From Candidatus Saccharimonadota bacterium (GTDB lineage Bacteria; Patescibacteriota; Saccharimonadia; Saccharimonadales; DTSZ01), in assembly GCA_012965045.1 (NCBI GenBank), contig DTSZ01000001.1, positions 591,629 to 655,628 of the forward strand: DNA of 64,000 nucleotides, read 5' to 3'. Within the stretch, counting starts at the first letter, position 1; each line of letters starts with the position of its first letter. The position numbers were made by a program, and so were the translations under genes. The notes below the pieces were generated by a model that saw only the letters and a list, made by a program, of their open reading frames with translations, made no database searches and had not been told where the DNA came from. Shown piece by piece: positions 47,296 to 58,298 of the stretch.

Positions 47296-49116
47296 TTAGT
47301 CCTTTTTAAGTAACACTGTGAAAGCTTCGGGCGGTATTTCTACTTTACCGAATTTTTTCATTCGTTGTTTACCAGCTTTTTGCTTGGCCCATAATTTCTT
47401 TTTACGAGACACGTCGCCGCCGTATAAATGACCGGTAACATTTTTGCCCAAGGCTTTAATATCTTCACGAGCGAGTATTTTACTGCCAACCGCTGCTTGC
47501 AAAGCAACTTCAAATAGCTGACGCGGAATAACGTCTTTGAGTTTTTCCAACATTTTACGGCCGGTACTTTCTGCTTCTGATTTATGAGTCATAATACTTA
47601 AACTGTCCATGCGCTCACCACCTACTAAAATATCTAAACGTACTAAATCCTGGGCTCTATAATCAGCAATTTCATAGCTTAGTGTGCCGTAGCCGCTGGT
47701 AGTGCTTTTTAGTTGGTCATAAAAATCTGTTAGCACATTTGCCAGTGGTGCCTCAAAGCTTACTGTGGCTAAATGCTCGTCGACATAGCTAATATTTTTC
47801 TGGTGGCCCCGAGTTGAAACAATTAACTGCACAACATTCCCAACATAATCTACGGGTACAATAATTTCACCGCGAATCCACGGCTCACGAATTTCTGCGA
47901 TATGCGTCGGATCAGGCAGGTTGCTGGCCGAACGAATGGTTTGCTCTTCGCCACTGGCCATTACAACGTGGTAGTCGGTCGACGGATTAGTCACAATCAC
48001 CTCAACCCCTTGGTGGCGCTCAATTCGTTCTTGCACAATTTCAAGATGCAACAGACCTAAAAACCCAACCCTAAACCCAAAGCCAAGAATTTGTGAATTT
48101 TCTGGTTCATACACTAAAGCTGCATCATTTAAACTAACTTTTTCTAGTGCGTCTTTGAGGTTTGGGTAGTCGTCGGCGCTAGCTGGAAACACTCCAGCAT
48201 ACACAAATGGTATAGCTTGTTTATAGCCAGGCAAAGCCTCTGCAGTGGTTCCGTGTAATACAACTGTGTCGCCAACGCGAGCGTCGGCAACTGTTTTAAA
48301 GTTGGTAACAATATAGCCAATTTCGCCCGCCTTGAGGCTTGGTGTTGGCACTTGTTTCGGACTAAAAAAGCCAGTAATTAACGCCCGTCCGTCAGCTTTT
48401 GTGCCCAGCATGGTTATGTCGGCGTTCTTTTTAATCTCGCCAGCCACGACTTTTACATACAGCACTACACCTTGATATTCATCCAAAAACGAATCAAAAA
48501 CCAATGCTTTGGCGGTTTCGTCTTTTAGTGGTTGTGGCGGCGGAACGCGCTCAACAACAGCCTTTAAAACGGCCTCAACATTTTGGCCAGTCTTTGCGCT
48601 AATTTCTATAATTTCTTCCCGCTTGCATCCCAGTAAACTAATAACTTCTTTACTAACGCGGTCAACATCGGCCGCAGGCAAGTCTACTTTGTTTAGTACC
48701 GGAATAATCTCTAGATCTTGTTCAAGCGCTAAATACACATTCGCCAGTGTCTGAGCCTGTATACCTTGACTCGCGTCTACGACAAGGATTGCACCTTCCA
48801 CAGCTGCCAAGCTACGACTAACTTCGTAACTAAAGTCGACATGGCCGGGAGTGTCAATCAAGTTGAGTTGATACTCAATTTGATTGACGCCATCTTCCAT
48901 CTTCTTTCTTCCATCTTCCGAATGACGGTACGTCATTCTAACCGGCTGCAATTTTATGGTAATACCTTTTTCCCGCTCCAGATCCATCTGGTCAAGTAGC
49001 TGTTCTTTCATTTCACGCTTGGTAACCGTCCCAGTAATTTCCATAAGCCGATCCGCCAAGGTCGACTTACCGTGGTCAATGTGGGCAATAATGCAGAAAT
49101 TTCTAATATTTTCCAT
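47296..49116 (-). CDS. lepA: Translation elongation factor 4 (LepA)
   Basis: MENIRNFCIIAHIDHGKSTL G-domain start and the LepA-specific C-terminal domain. Internal Met preferred over the track start at 49140. Confidence 0.95.
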   Translation of the reverse strand: MENIRNFCIIAHIDHGKSTLADRLMEITGTVTKREMKEQLLDQMDLEREKGITIKLQPVRMTYRHSEDGRKKMEDGVNQIEYQLNLIDTPGHVDFSYEVSRSLAAVEGAILVVDASQGIQAQTLANVYLALEQDLEIIPVLNKVDLPAADVDRVSKEVISLLGCKREEIIEISAKTGQNVEAVLKAVVERVPPPQPLKDETAKALVFDSFLDEYQGVVLYVKVVAGEIKKNADITMLGTKADGRALITGFFSPKQVPTPSLKAGEIGYIVTNFKTVADARVGDTVVLHGTTAEALPGYKQAIPFVYAGVFPASADDYPNLKDALEKVSLNDAALVYEPENSQILGFGFRVGFLGLLHLEIVQERIERHQGVEVIVTNPSTDYHVVMASGEEQTIRSASNLPDPTHIAEIREPWIRGEIIVPVDYVGNVVQLIVSTRGHQKNISYVDEHLATVSFEAPLANVLTDFYDQLKSTTSGYGTLSYEIADYRAQDLVRLDILVGGERMDSLSIMTHKSEAESTGRKMLEKLKDVIPRQLFEVALQAAVGSKILAREDIKALGKNVTGHLYGGDVSRKKKLWAKQKAGKQRMKKFGKVEIPPEAFTVLLKKD

Positions 49117-49169
49117 GACTAGTAGTGTAACAGAGGTCATTAAATATTACTTTATAGTAGAATAAGTTC

Positions 49170-49739
49170 ATGAACAAAGATGTCGCCTTAGATTCACTAG
49201 AAGTTGTAATTGATAATTCAATAGTGAATCGAATAACTGAAAGTGAAGCCATAAAAGAACTCCCACAAATTCAGTTAGTTTTGGCTAGCTACAGAGTTTT
49301 GTCATCTTATCGCGACAAAAGATTATTAGAAAAGATTTTGGTATTACTCAATAAAACTAGCTCGCACCAAAAGGAACTTTTTGAAATTTTTGCAAAAACT
49401 CATAACCAAAACCTGTTGCTGGATTATCTCGATCAAGCTGAGGATGAATACAAAGTAAAAGTCACTGGTTCTATATTTAATAATTGGGTAACAGAAAAGC
49501 ATGATCAAAATATACTTATGAGATGCCTTGAGATTTTGCAGAATTTATCCCCAGTGGAAATACGTCAAATAATTAGTAATGATACTTTCGGAAGGTACTT
49601 AGGCGAGAAATTATGTTTGCTTGGTATTTGTACCAGAAATTCAAGAGTTGGACAGTGGGACGGCGGAGATCAAGTAGACTTTCCATTAACAAATTTTGGG
49701 AAAACATTTATCAATTTATCTAAAAATTATACTGAATAA
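49170..49739 (+). CDS. Hypothetical protein
   Basis: 189-aa ORF, helical. No motif I recognise. Confidence 0.45.
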   Translation: MNKDVALDSLEVVIDNSIVNRITESEAIKELPQIQLVLASYRVLSSYRDKRLLEKILVLLNKTSSHQKELFEIFAKTHNQNLLLDYLDQAEDEYKVKVTGSIFNNWVTEKHDQNILMRCLEILQNLSPVEIRQIISNDTFGRYLGEKLCLLGICTRNSRVGQWDGGDQVDFPLTNFGKTFINLSKNYTE

Positions 49740-49955
49740 ATAAACTTGGGTCTGGGCATAAAGTGCACTTTTCCTGAGAAGGCTGTTGTTCAAAAAGATG
49801 TGGGTACCACACCGAGTGAAGCGTGCTTCATAAAGCTGCTGGGTGCAGCTTTATAGAATGCACTCTGAGCGAGAACATCTTTTTAACAACTGATTCTAAA
49901 GAAAAGTACACCCCGCCCAGTGGTTTTGGCTACTTTTGGCAGCAAAAGTAGCGAC

Positions 49956-51659
49956 TTATGGTTGGTGAATCTTCAACGGCTTATAAAGCAGCTTCAAGAA
50001 TCCCTTAACAACTGGCTGGGATTCTTTAATTTTTAATAGATGACTAAAGAATACGTAACTGGCAAGAGTAACAACCACAATCACTCCAAATTTAGGTGCA
50101 AGGGCGAAAAAGCCAACATCGCCAGCTTTAAGCGGGAAAATGTAGCGAACAAAAACATAATTAACGACTGACATTCCAAACACTGCAACAAGCATTTTAG
50201 AGGTAGAAATAAAGCTTTCTTTTGTAAAAACGGTGCCGATTCGTTTGGTTAACACGATAACTAAAAACAATACCTCAAAAATGGCGACTGCAGTTTGCGC
50301 CATCGCTAGTCCAACAACGTCATACAGATTTACAAAAACGACTGCTAAACCAATGTTAAGAAGAATTGAGTACACCGAAATTTTTAAGGGGGTAGAAGTG
50401 TCTTGCTGAGCGTAAAAAGCCCGGGTAGCGGCCTGAAACAACGCACGGAAAATTATTGACAGTGTAAACCAGCCTAAAATAGAAACTATTAAGGTGTTTC
50501 CTTGGCCGACCAAAAACCGCACCAAATAACCACGCATAAAGAACGCAATGGCAGCCGCGGGGATCGACAGCCATAGCAAGACATTAAAAACTGACTCAAT
50601 GTCTTTTCTAAACAAATCGGTTCGTTTACTGGCAGCGCGGGCGCTAATTTTAGGAAAAGCCGCGGTTGAAATTGCCACGCCGATAAGCGTAATGGGCACG
50701 CTGCGCAAAACGTAGGCTGTGTTGTAAGCAGCTATCGACCCAACGACCAAAAACGACGCCAAAAAACGCTCAACAATTGAATTTAAATAGTCGATACTTT
50801 GGTCTAACGACCGTGCCGGCAATAGCTTGAGCACTTTTCTAAAGCCACGATTTCGCCAAAATATTTTGCGATCATATTTAAATCCAAGGCCGGCCAAACC
50901 AATAGTTTGAATAATAAGTTGCAATATTGCACCCAATCCCACACCAAGAGCAACACCAACAATCGCCGGATTGTCTTGCGTGCCAATTGCAGGGGCGAAC
51001 CAAACAATTCCAGTAATTATGCCGATGTTGTAAACAACGGGGGCCAGCGAGTTAAAAAAGAACCGACCAAAAGCCTGCTGCATGCTGGCAAGCACACTAC
51101 TAATAGAAAACAGGAACGGATTAACGGCAATTATTCGCATTAAGTTTGCAGCTGTGTCTTGAACCTCTTTAGGCGAGCCAGCAGCAATGAGTTTTACCAG
51201 TGGTGGTGCAAAAATAAAAATAACTATACTGGTAATTGCCGTACCAATAGCAAACAGATTCATCAAACTTGCAGAAATTTGCCAAGCAGACTCTTTGTTA
51301 CCAGTCTGCAAGCGTTGAGACAATACCGGTATCAGGGTAACGCTGAGCGCCCCAGACACCAATAAATAAAACATAAAGTCTGGTATAGAAAAGGCAATAA
51401 TGTAGGCATCGAGTGTCGGGCCCAGACCAAATTTGGCAATTAAAAGCTTTTCGCGCAACAGACCAAGTACCGCACTAACTGCAAAGCTTCCTGACAAAAT
51501 CCAGGCAGCTTTACCAACTGTTAGGGAACTATTCGCTCTGCTGATTATGTTTTTCATCGTTACTACTAGTATCGCACCCCAAATCAAATCAAACCAGTCA
51601 AAAACCGCCAAACGCATATGCACACGAACAAACAGCAAACATGCTCTATAGCCCGCCAC
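49956..51659 (-). CDS. murJ: Lipid II flippase MurJ (MviN family)
   Basis: About 14 TM helices and an N-terminal consensus RANSSLTVGKAAWILSGSFAVSAVLGLLREKLLIAKFG. The true start is probably Met near 51557 (MKNIISRANSS). Confidence 0.85.
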   Translation of the reverse strand: MAGYRACLLFVRVHMRLAVFDWFDLIWGAILVVTMKNIISRANSSLTVGKAAWILSGSFAVSAVLGLLREKLLIAKFGLGPTLDAYIIAFSIPDFMFYLLVSGALSVTLIPVLSQRLQTGNKESAWQISASLMNLFAIGTAITSIVIFIFAPPLVKLIAAGSPKEVQDTAANLMRIIAVNPFLFSISSVLASMQQAFGRFFFNSLAPVVYNIGIITGIVWFAPAIGTQDNPAIVGVALGVGLGAILQLIIQTIGLAGLGFKYDRKIFWRNRGFRKVLKLLPARSLDQSIDYLNSIVERFLASFLVVGSIAAYNTAYVLRSVPITLIGVAISTAAFPKISARAASKRTDLFRKDIESVFNVLLWLSIPAAAIAFFMRGYLVRFLVGQGNTLIVSILGWFTLSIIFRALFQAATRAFYAQQDTSTPLKISVYSILLNIGLAVVFVNLYDVVGLAMAQTAVAIFEVLFLVIVLTKRIGTVFTKESFISTSKMLVAVFGMSVVNYVFVRYIFPLKAGDVGFFALAPKFGVIVVVTLASYVFFSHLLKIKESQPVVKGFLKLLYKPLKIHQP

Positions 51660-51774
51660 ACAGCCAAAATTATTTTAAAACTATTTTTTATCTATTTTAA
51701 AATTATTTTAAAATAATTTTTTCATAATAGGGCAGTAGAGCACTTTACTGCCGTATTAGTCCTAAGCTCTAAGC

Positions 51775-53181
51775 CTACTCGTTGCTATTGGTGGGTTCTG
51801 TTTTGCTGCCGTGTTTTAGAATCGAATCTTTGTGGTGCCACCAATACCACGCTATGTACCCCATCCCTGCCAATCCAATAACACTACTACCAATGATAAG
51901 AGCTTTGTTTAATCCATCGTCAGAACTGTTCTGGGTGTCTACTTGTTGAGCCCCATCCTCTTCTACTACTGTATTTTCATCAACACTAAACTGCGCTACA
52001 ACAGCTGGTTCACTTTCTTGACCGGTTTCAGTATCTACTACTGCAACTTCAACATGATGATCGCCTGGCTCTAGATTTGTTATGGTGTACTCCCAGTAGC
52101 CTTCTTCATCTGTTTGTACGGTTGCCTCTTGCGGTTCCGAGAAAATATATAGTTTTATTGTTGTATTTGGGTCTGCTTGGCCAGAAATTTTTACAGGTTG
52201 ATCTTTTGCAAATTTCGGCTTTGCATCGGCGACGGTAGTATCGTGTTCTTCGTCGTTAAGCTTCACTGACTCAAATACAGTTTCTTTCTCGTCTCCACTG
52301 CTGTCTTCGTCTTCTTGGGTATTGGTTTCTTGCGCTGTGTCAGCTGATGTATCAGTAGCAGACGTTGTGGATGAGGATGCAGAAGAAGTCTTATTGTCGG
52401 GGGTTGTACTGGTTGTAGGTTTTGTATCAAAATATGCTACTGCTACAACGCTACCAACTGCAGAATTTACGTAGGCATTTGAGCAAGTTGAACTTGTAAG
52501 CCTTCCAGAAGACGCACCTTTGCCGCCTCCAGACAAACATGTTCCCCCGCCTTCTGACTGCGTACCCCAGCCTGCGAATACCGAATTAGAACTTGGCGTG
52601 GCTGTTAGTTTATAATTTGTTGATGTCGGGATAACTTCCGAACAATCACTCGGGCAATTAATGCCCGCAGGAGTGCTTTTAACTGTTCCCGATCCAGAAC
52701 CTTTTATTACTGTGCTCAACGGGCCATGAGTGTAGCCAAAATACATTGAAATATCTGCTCCTGCAGCTAATCGGGAGTCGGCCAAATCAACAGTACAGGA
52801 ACTACTATAGTTGCCTTCTATACACGAAATAATAGATGTGTCATCTGCTGGGCTAACAGTCCATTTGCCTACATCCCTATGTGTAGATGGTGCTGCAGTT
52901 AATACAACTTGAGTATTCTCTGGAAACTGAGCGGTACATGCACCAGGGCAATTAATACCAGCTGGTGAACTGGAAATAGCCCCACCCTCTCCGCCTTTGT
53001 CAATCACAATCTCTATTGTTTGTGTGCCAGTAGCCGTCACGTCAAGCGCGCTTGTAAAAAGATAGCCTAATGATAAAAATACTGCAGCGAAAGATATGAA
53101 AAATCCTGCATGCTTTATATGGTGTTTTTGTAACCTCATGTTTGTGTCCTGTTTATGCTTACTTTGCATTATATAACACAA
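51775..53181 (-). CDS. Cell-surface protein with two repeats resembling the divergent InlB B-repeat, a Thr/Ser-rich linker, a beta-sandwich domain and a C-terminal TM anchor
   Basis: N-terminal signal/TM helix. Repeats ...SSSPAGINCPGACTAQFPENTQVVLTAAPS and ...KSTPAGINCPSDCSEVIPTSTNYKLTATPS. TTSTTPDNKTSSASSSTTSATD linker. C-terminal IIGSSVIGLAGMGYIAWYWW. Confidence 0.5.
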   Translation of the reverse strand: MCYIMQSKHKQDTNMRLQKHHIKHAGFFISFAAVFLSLGYLFTSALDVTATGTQTIEIVIDKGGEGGAISSSPAGINCPGACTAQFPENTQVVLTAAPSTHRDVGKWTVSPADDTSIISCIEGNYSSSCTVDLADSRLAAGADISMYFGYTHGPLSTVIKGSGSGTVKSTPAGINCPSDCSEVIPTSTNYKLTATPSSNSVFAGWGTQSEGGGTCLSGGGKGASSGRLTSSTCSNAYVNSAVGSVVAVAYFDTKPTTSTTPDNKTSSASSSTTSATDTSADTAQETNTQEDEDSSGDEKETVFESVKLNDEEHDTTVADAKPKFAKDQPVKISGQADPNTTIKLYIFSEPQEATVQTDEEGYWEYTITNLEPGDHHVEVAVVDTETGQESEPAVVAQFSVDENTVVEEDGAQQVDTQNSSDDGLNKALIIGSSVIGLAGMGYIAWYWWHHKDSILKHGSKTEPTNSNE

Positions 53182-53266
53182 CTAACACAAACCATCACCA
53201 ACACCCCAATGAGGTAAATTCCAACTTGATATTAAACACCCTTATGCAAAATCACCGTTCTAGTTT

Positions 53267-53596
53267 TCAACCCCCCTTACGAGGAAAGCGGTCAATGTCG
53301 CGGTGCATCATTTTAGCTATGCCCTGCTCAATTCCTTTACTTAAGTCAATATTTTGTGAGTTTGCTAAACAAATAAGGGCAATTAAAATATCTCCTAATT
53401 CCTCTTGTAGATGAGAAATATCCTCACCGGGTTTTGGTGGCTTTGGGCCAAATTCTCTATTTAATATCCGGCCGACCTCTCCAAGCTCTTCAATTAAACG
53501 AGCAAGGTTTTCGTGTGGTGACCAGTATTTTGGTTCGTATTGTTGTTCTTCTAAAAAAGTATCAATTATCGACTGGTAGTCGCTTAAAGTTTTCAT
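53267..53596 (-). CDS. MazG-like nucleotide pyrophosphohydrolase
   Basis: EELGEVGRIL...EELGDILIALICLAN, the EExxE/D metal-binding helices of the all-alpha NTP-PPase family. Confidence 0.75.
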   Translation of the reverse strand: MKTLSDYQSIIDTFLEEQQYEPKYWSPHENLARLIEELGEVGRILNREFGPKPPKPGEDISHLQEELGDILIALICLANSQNIDLSKGIEQGIAKMMHRDIDRFPRKGG

Positions 53597-53613
53597 GGTG
53601 TCTCCTTATTTTA

Positions 53614-54087
53614 TTATGTATGGGTAAATAGTTGACGCTTTTCATCTTCGCTTAGGTAGGTTTTACCGCCGTTAAAATAGCAGTGCAGCCCAACTTTACT
53701 CGGTTCAAAATGTGGTTCTGGTACTTCGTGCCATGGCAACCACCAGTAACCTTCGTTTTTATCTGGTTCACGGTTTTGCAGGGTGCCGTTAAAGTGTATT
53801 GTGTGAAGAATTATCGAGATCGTATGTATTCCGGCCGCTTCAACTAGACTCAAGTTATTCACCACGCCCATAACGCGCCAAGCTTTTTCGTCTACCCTTA
53901 GACCGGCTTCTTCATACAATTCTCTGCTGGCAGCTTTTTCAAACTCTTCGCCATAATCAAGCTTGCCGCCCGGTATTGAATACTGGCCGGCAGCATGGCT
54001 GCCTATTCTACGACCTATTAAAACGGCGTCGTCGTCAATACTTTCAACAATCAAGCCCACCCCAACAATTGGAGGGGTTTCGCTCAT
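53614..54087 (-). CDS. NUDIX hydrolase
   Basis: Nudix box GGKLDYGEEFEKAASRELYEEAGL. Confidence 0.8.
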   Translation of the reverse strand: MSETPPIVGVGLIVESIDDDAVLIGRRIGSHAAGQYSIPGGKLDYGEEFEKAASRELYEEAGLRVDEKAWRVMGVVNNLSLVEAAGIHTISIILHTIHFNGTLQNREPDKNEGYWWLPWHEVPEPHFEPSKVGLHCYFNGGKTYLSEDEKRQLFTHT

Positions 54088-54090
54088 ACG

Positions 54091-55968
54091 CTAAATCGCA
54101 GCAGTTTTCGGCATCTTTGTGCCTTCAAAGACTTCTTCTACCTGTTTTTCGTCAACAGTTTCGATATCGAGCAGTTTGTCGGCTAAGGCTTTAAGGTACT
54201 TTTTATTGGCTTTAATTACTTCCTCGGCACGGTGAGCAGCTTCGGCAATAAGACCTTCTACCTGGAAGTCGATTTCTCTAGCAGTTTCTTCACTATACGG
54301 ACGGTCATGCACCATGCGGTCAAACATCATGCCGCTCTGTTGGTCGGCGGTAAAGACCATGTTACGCAGTTTCTTAGTTCCCATTCCCTGCTCGATCACC
54401 ATTTCACGAGCTAGTTCTGCAGCCTTTTTAAGGTCGCTGCCAGCACCAGTCGTAACGTTGTCGACGCCGTAAATGATCTTTTCTGCAATACGTCCGCCCA
54501 GTATTCGAGCCAGTACATCTTTGTATTCATTGATTGAATGGTAAGACTTGTCTTCTGGTGGGATAGCCCATGTAACACCACCTGTACCACCACGAGGAAT
54601 AATAGTCACCTTGTGAATAGGGTCGCTCAGCGGCAGTACGTGGCCGACCAAAGCGTGCCCCGCTTCGTGATAGGCAGTTAGTTCTTTGTCTTTTTCGTTC
54701 ATAATTTTGTTTTTGCGCTCTGGACCAATTGCTACACGCTCAAAAGCATTAGTTACGTCATCATTACTAATTGTTTTGCTGTTACGACGGGCAGCTAAAA
54801 TAGCTGACTCGTTAGCAATGTTCATCAGATCAGCTCCAGATGAACCAGCTGTTTTAGCAGCAAGAGCATCAAGATTTACTGATTTGTCGGTTGGCTTCTT
54901 TTTAAAGTGAACGTTTAGAATTGCTTCGCGGTCTTTTCTATCTGGTAGTGGTATGGTTACTCGTCGGTCAAAACGGCCCGGTCGCAATAGAGCTGGGTCA
55001 AGAACGTCAGGACGGTTAGTAGCAGCGATAACAATTACATTCGTGCCTTGTTCAAAGCCATCCATTTCTACAAGAATCTGGTTGAGGGTTTGCTCTCGTT
55101 CGTCATGTCCACCACCCATTCCAGAGCCTCGTCGACGACCGACTGCATCAATTTCGTCAATAAAGATAATGCAGGGGCTATTCTTCTTAGCCTTAGCAAA
55201 CAAGTCACGTACTCGGCTGGCGCCTACACCAACAAACATTTCTACAAATTCTGAGCCACTGATACTAAAGAACGGCACGCCTGCCTCACCAGCTACGGCT
55301 CGAGCCATTAAGGTTTTACCAGTACCCGGGCTACCAACCAGCAATACTCCTTTAGGAATTTTTGCGCCAACTTCGCGGAACTTTTTAGGGAATTTTAAAA
55401 ACTCTACGACTTCTTGCAGCTCTTCTTTAGACTCTTCGTTACCTGCAACTTCACTAAAAGTAACTTTTTCTTTGGTGTCACCAAAAACTTTTGCACGTGA
55501 CTTACCAAAGTTCATAGCTTGGTTGCCTTGGCCCTGAGCTTGTTTCATGAAATAGAACAAAATAAACACAAATAGTACCAGCGGACCGAAGGCAAACAGT
55601 ACTTGCGTCCACACCTGGCCAGAATCATTTACGTCTTCGCTTTTTACCGAAACAGTTCCTTCTTCGATACCACGTTCACGTAGTTCGGTAGAAACTGACA
55701 AGCCATCCTCTTTTTGAGAAACAAAATCCGGCTCTACACTTCCATCTACATCGGCGACTTCTTCGTCGTATAGCTCTAGGTCGTTACCTTTAACGATAAT
55801 GGTATTTACTTCGTTGTTGCGGACTTTATTAACAACCTCGGTAAATGATATTTCAGGAATATTAGACGGTTGATTAAATACGGCCACCACCAGTAAACCG
55901 ATTACTATCAGTAGTGCTGCGAAGCCGAAATTCTTCTGCTGTTTTTTGTTATTCTTCATTTTATCCAT
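54091..55968 (-). CDS. ftsH: ATP-dependent zinc metalloprotease FtsH
   Basis: TM anchor, AAA+ Walker [23 protein letters not shown], and zinc motif [10 protein letters not shown]. Confidence 0.97.
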   Translation of the reverse strand: MDKMKNNKKQQKNFGFAALLIVIGLLVVAVFNQPSNIPEISFTEVVNKVRNNEVNTIIVKGNDLELYDEEVADVDGSVEPDFVSQKEDGLSVSTELRERGIEEGTVSVKSEDVNDSGQVWTQVLFAFGPLVLFVFILFYFMKQAQGQGNQAMNFGKSRAKVFGDTKEKVTFSEVAGNEESKEELQEVVEFLKFPKKFREVGAKIPKGVLLVGSPGTGKTLMARAVAGEAGVPFFSISGSEFVEMFVGVGASRVRDLFAKAKKNSPCIIFIDEIDAVGRRRGSGMGGGHDEREQTLNQILVEMDGFEQGTNVIVIAATNRPDVLDPALLRPGRFDRRVTIPLPDRKDREAILNVHFKKKPTDKSVNLDALAAKTAGSSGADLMNIANESAILAARRNSKTISNDDVTNAFERVAIGPERKNKIMNEKDKELTAYHEAGHALVGHVLPLSDPIHKVTIIPRGGTGGVTWAIPPEDKSYHSINEYKDVLARILGGRIAEKIIYGVDNVTTGAGSDLKKAAELAREMVIEQGMGTKKLRNMVFTADQQSGMMFDRMVHDRPYSEETAREIDFQVEGLIAEAAHRAEEVIKANKKYLKALADKLLDIETVDEKQVEEVFEGTKMPKTAAI

Positions 55969-55999
55969 AATATGGTTTGTTCCTCTCTGTAGTGTCTCA

Positions 56000-57058
56000 C
56001 TATTTTAGCACTTCCATACGTGGAGTGCTAATCCGCACAATTGATGAAATTTGCTTCTGGTGCTTGAGCTCTATTCTACTGCCAAGTTCGGTAATTTTAC
56101 TAGGTAAAGACGCATTAATCGAGTCTGCTCCCCTCGTAATTTGCTCTGTATTGAGCTCGGCATCGCTATTTAATCGCAACACCAAAAACCTCAGTAGCTC
56201 ATGTTGTATTTTTTGATCGAGACTTGAAAAAGCCTGCCTGTCGACGTTAATGCGTGCACCCTGTTTATCAGAAACCGCTTTTTCGATACCACCTAACAAC
56301 TCGTCGATTTCTGCATTAATTGTAAGCATGCGGCTGTATATTTTTTGTAGTTTTTTAGACGTATTTTGAGCCCGCCCCAGCTTTGCTCGAATTGCATTAC
56401 GGGTATAGGTGTTGTCTTTGTTGGTTGAATCCTCGACAAACTCTATATTATGCGCAACACAGTACTCATAAATTTGATTTTTAGTTACGTTTAATAACGG
56501 CCGTTTTATATGCAGCGTTTCTTTTAGTGACGTCAACCCACTCCGCCCCGTTCCCCGTTGAAGGTTAATAAGAATTGTTTCCGCAATATCGTCGGCATGG
56601 TGGGCGGTAATAATTGCAGTGGCATCATGCTTTACGCGAAGGTCGTGCAAAAACTCCCACCGACCGGCACGGGCAGCTGCTTCACTTTTTTTAGGCAGTG
56701 TGAGTTTAGTTGATACGTAGTTGAGCTTATATTTTTGCGCAAGTTCGCGCACAAAGCGCTCATCGTCGCTGCTGTCGGTACGCCAACCATGGTCAACATG
56801 CGCTACGATAAGTTCGTATCTATTTTTTATTTTTCTTTTTTCACCTTTCATTGATTTTTCATTATTCGGTTGATCATTGGTAGATTCTAAATTATTCCGA
56901 ACCAGCCTGTCTGTGGGCAAGACTGCGAACTGCGAACTGCGAACTGCTAGCCTGTGCAGCAGCACAACCGAATCTACCCCACCAGACACTGCCACAATGT
57001 ACTTCCCTGGTTTCGGCCATAAAATTTCCATGCCATAATGATAACAATGAATGAACAT
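56000..57058 (-). CDS. tilS: tRNA(Ile)-lysidine synthetase TilS
   Basis: PP-loop IVAVSGGVDSVVLLH. A low-complexity insertion follows it. Probable start at the internal Met (MEILWPKPGKY). Confidence 0.85.
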   Translation of the reverse strand: MFIHCYHYGMEILWPKPGKYIVAVSGGVDSVVLLHRLAVRSSQFAVLPTDRLVRNNLESTNDQPNNEKSMKGEKRKIKNRYELIVAHVDHGWRTDSSDDERFVRELAQKYKLNYVSTKLTLPKKSEAAARAGRWEFLHDLRVKHDATAIITAHHADDIAETILINLQRGTGRSGLTSLKETLHIKRPLLNVTKNQIYEYCVAHNIEFVEDSTNKDNTYTRNAIRAKLGRAQNTSKKLQKIYSRMLTINAEIDELLGGIEKAVSDKQGARINVDRQAFSSLDQKIQHELLRFLVLRLNSDAELNTEQITRGADSINASLPSKITELGSRIELKHQKQISSIVRISTPRMEVLK

Positions 57059-57688
57059 GACCTGTTAGATAAACTAGACCACGTATTCAAAGAGCTGATT
57101 TACCCTTTTCATGTGTTGGAACGTGATATACCTTTTCAGTTAAACGGCCAAAGTAACTACAGAAACGAAACCGATACCGAACATTCGTTTACTCTGGCAC
57201 TTGTGTCGATTTTACTCGCACCACACATTGATCCCGCATTAGATATTGGCAAGTGCTGCCAGCTAAGCATAGTGCATGACTTAATCGAGGTTTACGCAGG
57301 CGATACGTCGTTTTGGGCCAACAAAGATTTGCAAGATTCTAAAAAAGAACGTGAAGCGGAAGCTGTTGGTATCATCAAGTCTAAGTTTGGGTCTAGTTTC
57401 CCTAATTTACCTGAACTCATAGATGAATATGAACTAAAAAGCACTAAAGAGGCTCAGTTTATAAGCGCGTTAGATAAGTTTTTAGCTTTAGCTGTACTGC
57501 AAACAAGCAAAAGTAACTATTTTAAAAAGAATAAACTCACTAAAACACAGGTAGAAAAGGAGGTTCTGCTTCGTCACCGTGGTAGAGGCTTAGCCTATGA
57601 GCCTTTTAATTCAGTCTACTTGGCGCAGTTAGAGCGATTTATGAAACAAACTGACTATTTTCATGATGACGAAGCCTCGTCCTCATGA
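57038..57688 (+). CDS. HD-domain hydrolase, YfbR/HD_3-like (5'-deoxynucleotidase family)
   Basis: HSFTLALVSILLA...SIVHDLIEVYAGDT, the H...HD...D metal ligands. Confidence 0.65.
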   Translation: MITMNEHDLLDKLDHVFKELIYPFHVLERDIPFQLNGQSNYRNETDTEHSFTLALVSILLAPHIDPALDIGKCCQLSIVHDLIEVYAGDTSFWANKDLQDSKKEREAEAVGIIKSKFGSSFPNLPELIDEYELKSTKEAQFISALDKFLALAVLQTSKSNYFKKNKLTKTQVEKEVLLRHRGRGLAYEPFNSVYLAQLERFMKQTDYFHDDEASSS

Positions 57689-58283
57689 AATACTAGTTAC
57701 TATGGCTTTACCGAATATAAAGAAACTCATTGAACTCCAAGCATTTATTCAGCAACTTAGAGCCGTAAAACGAACGGCGTATATTCCGGGAACTGACGAG
57801 AAAGAAAACGATGTTGATCATAGCTTTAGCCTAGCTGTTACCGCATGGTATATAGCGTCCGGATCTGACAATAACTATGATACCGAGAAAATTCTTCAGT
57901 ATGCGCTGGTGCATGACATGGTAGAAGTTCATGCTGGTGATACCTACTTTTTGGCAGACATATCGACTTTAAACGCCAAAAAAGAAAAAGAAGCAGCTGC
58001 TCTGCGTCAACTAGAGGCGGATTGGCGAGACCAGTTCCCTGAAATGATTCAACGAATTAAGGAATATGAAAATAAACAAACTAAAGAAGCTCGATTTGTA
58101 TATGCGGTTGATAAAATAATGCCCTTAACCATACACGCTAATGACAACTGGCGAACGTGGCGAGAAATGGATGTTGACCCGCACGCAGCGTTTAAAATTA
58201 AGAAAGAAAAACTACCAGTTTCAGAAGAAATTGCTAAATATTTAACTGAAATCGAAGAGCTAATGATGAGCTACGAGAAATAA
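57663..58283 (+). CDS. HD-domain hydrolase, YfbR/HD_3-like (tandem paralog)
   Basis: HSFSLAVTAWYIA...ALVHDMVEVHAGDT. Start overlaps the end of the upstream paralog. Confidence 0.65.
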   Translation: MMTKPRPHEILVTMALPNIKKLIELQAFIQQLRAVKRTAYIPGTDEKENDVDHSFSLAVTAWYIASGSDNNYDTEKILQYALVHDMVEVHAGDTYFLADISTLNAKKEKEAAALRQLEADWRDQFPEMIQRIKEYENKQTKEARFVYAVDKIMPLTIHANDNWRTWREMDVDPHAAFKIKKEKLPVSEEIAKYLTEIEELMMSYEK

Positions 58284-58298
58284 CATCCTAAGCCTTGT

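Noticed and set aside
51660-51774. AT-rich intergenic region with repeated attttaaaa units and a 7-bp hairpin (ggcagta...tactgcc)
   Set aside because: This reads as ordinary AT-rich promoter or intergenic sequence. The hairpin lacks a T-run on the transcribed side, so it is not a convincing terminator. It is not a CRISPR-like array: there are no regular repeat-spacer units.
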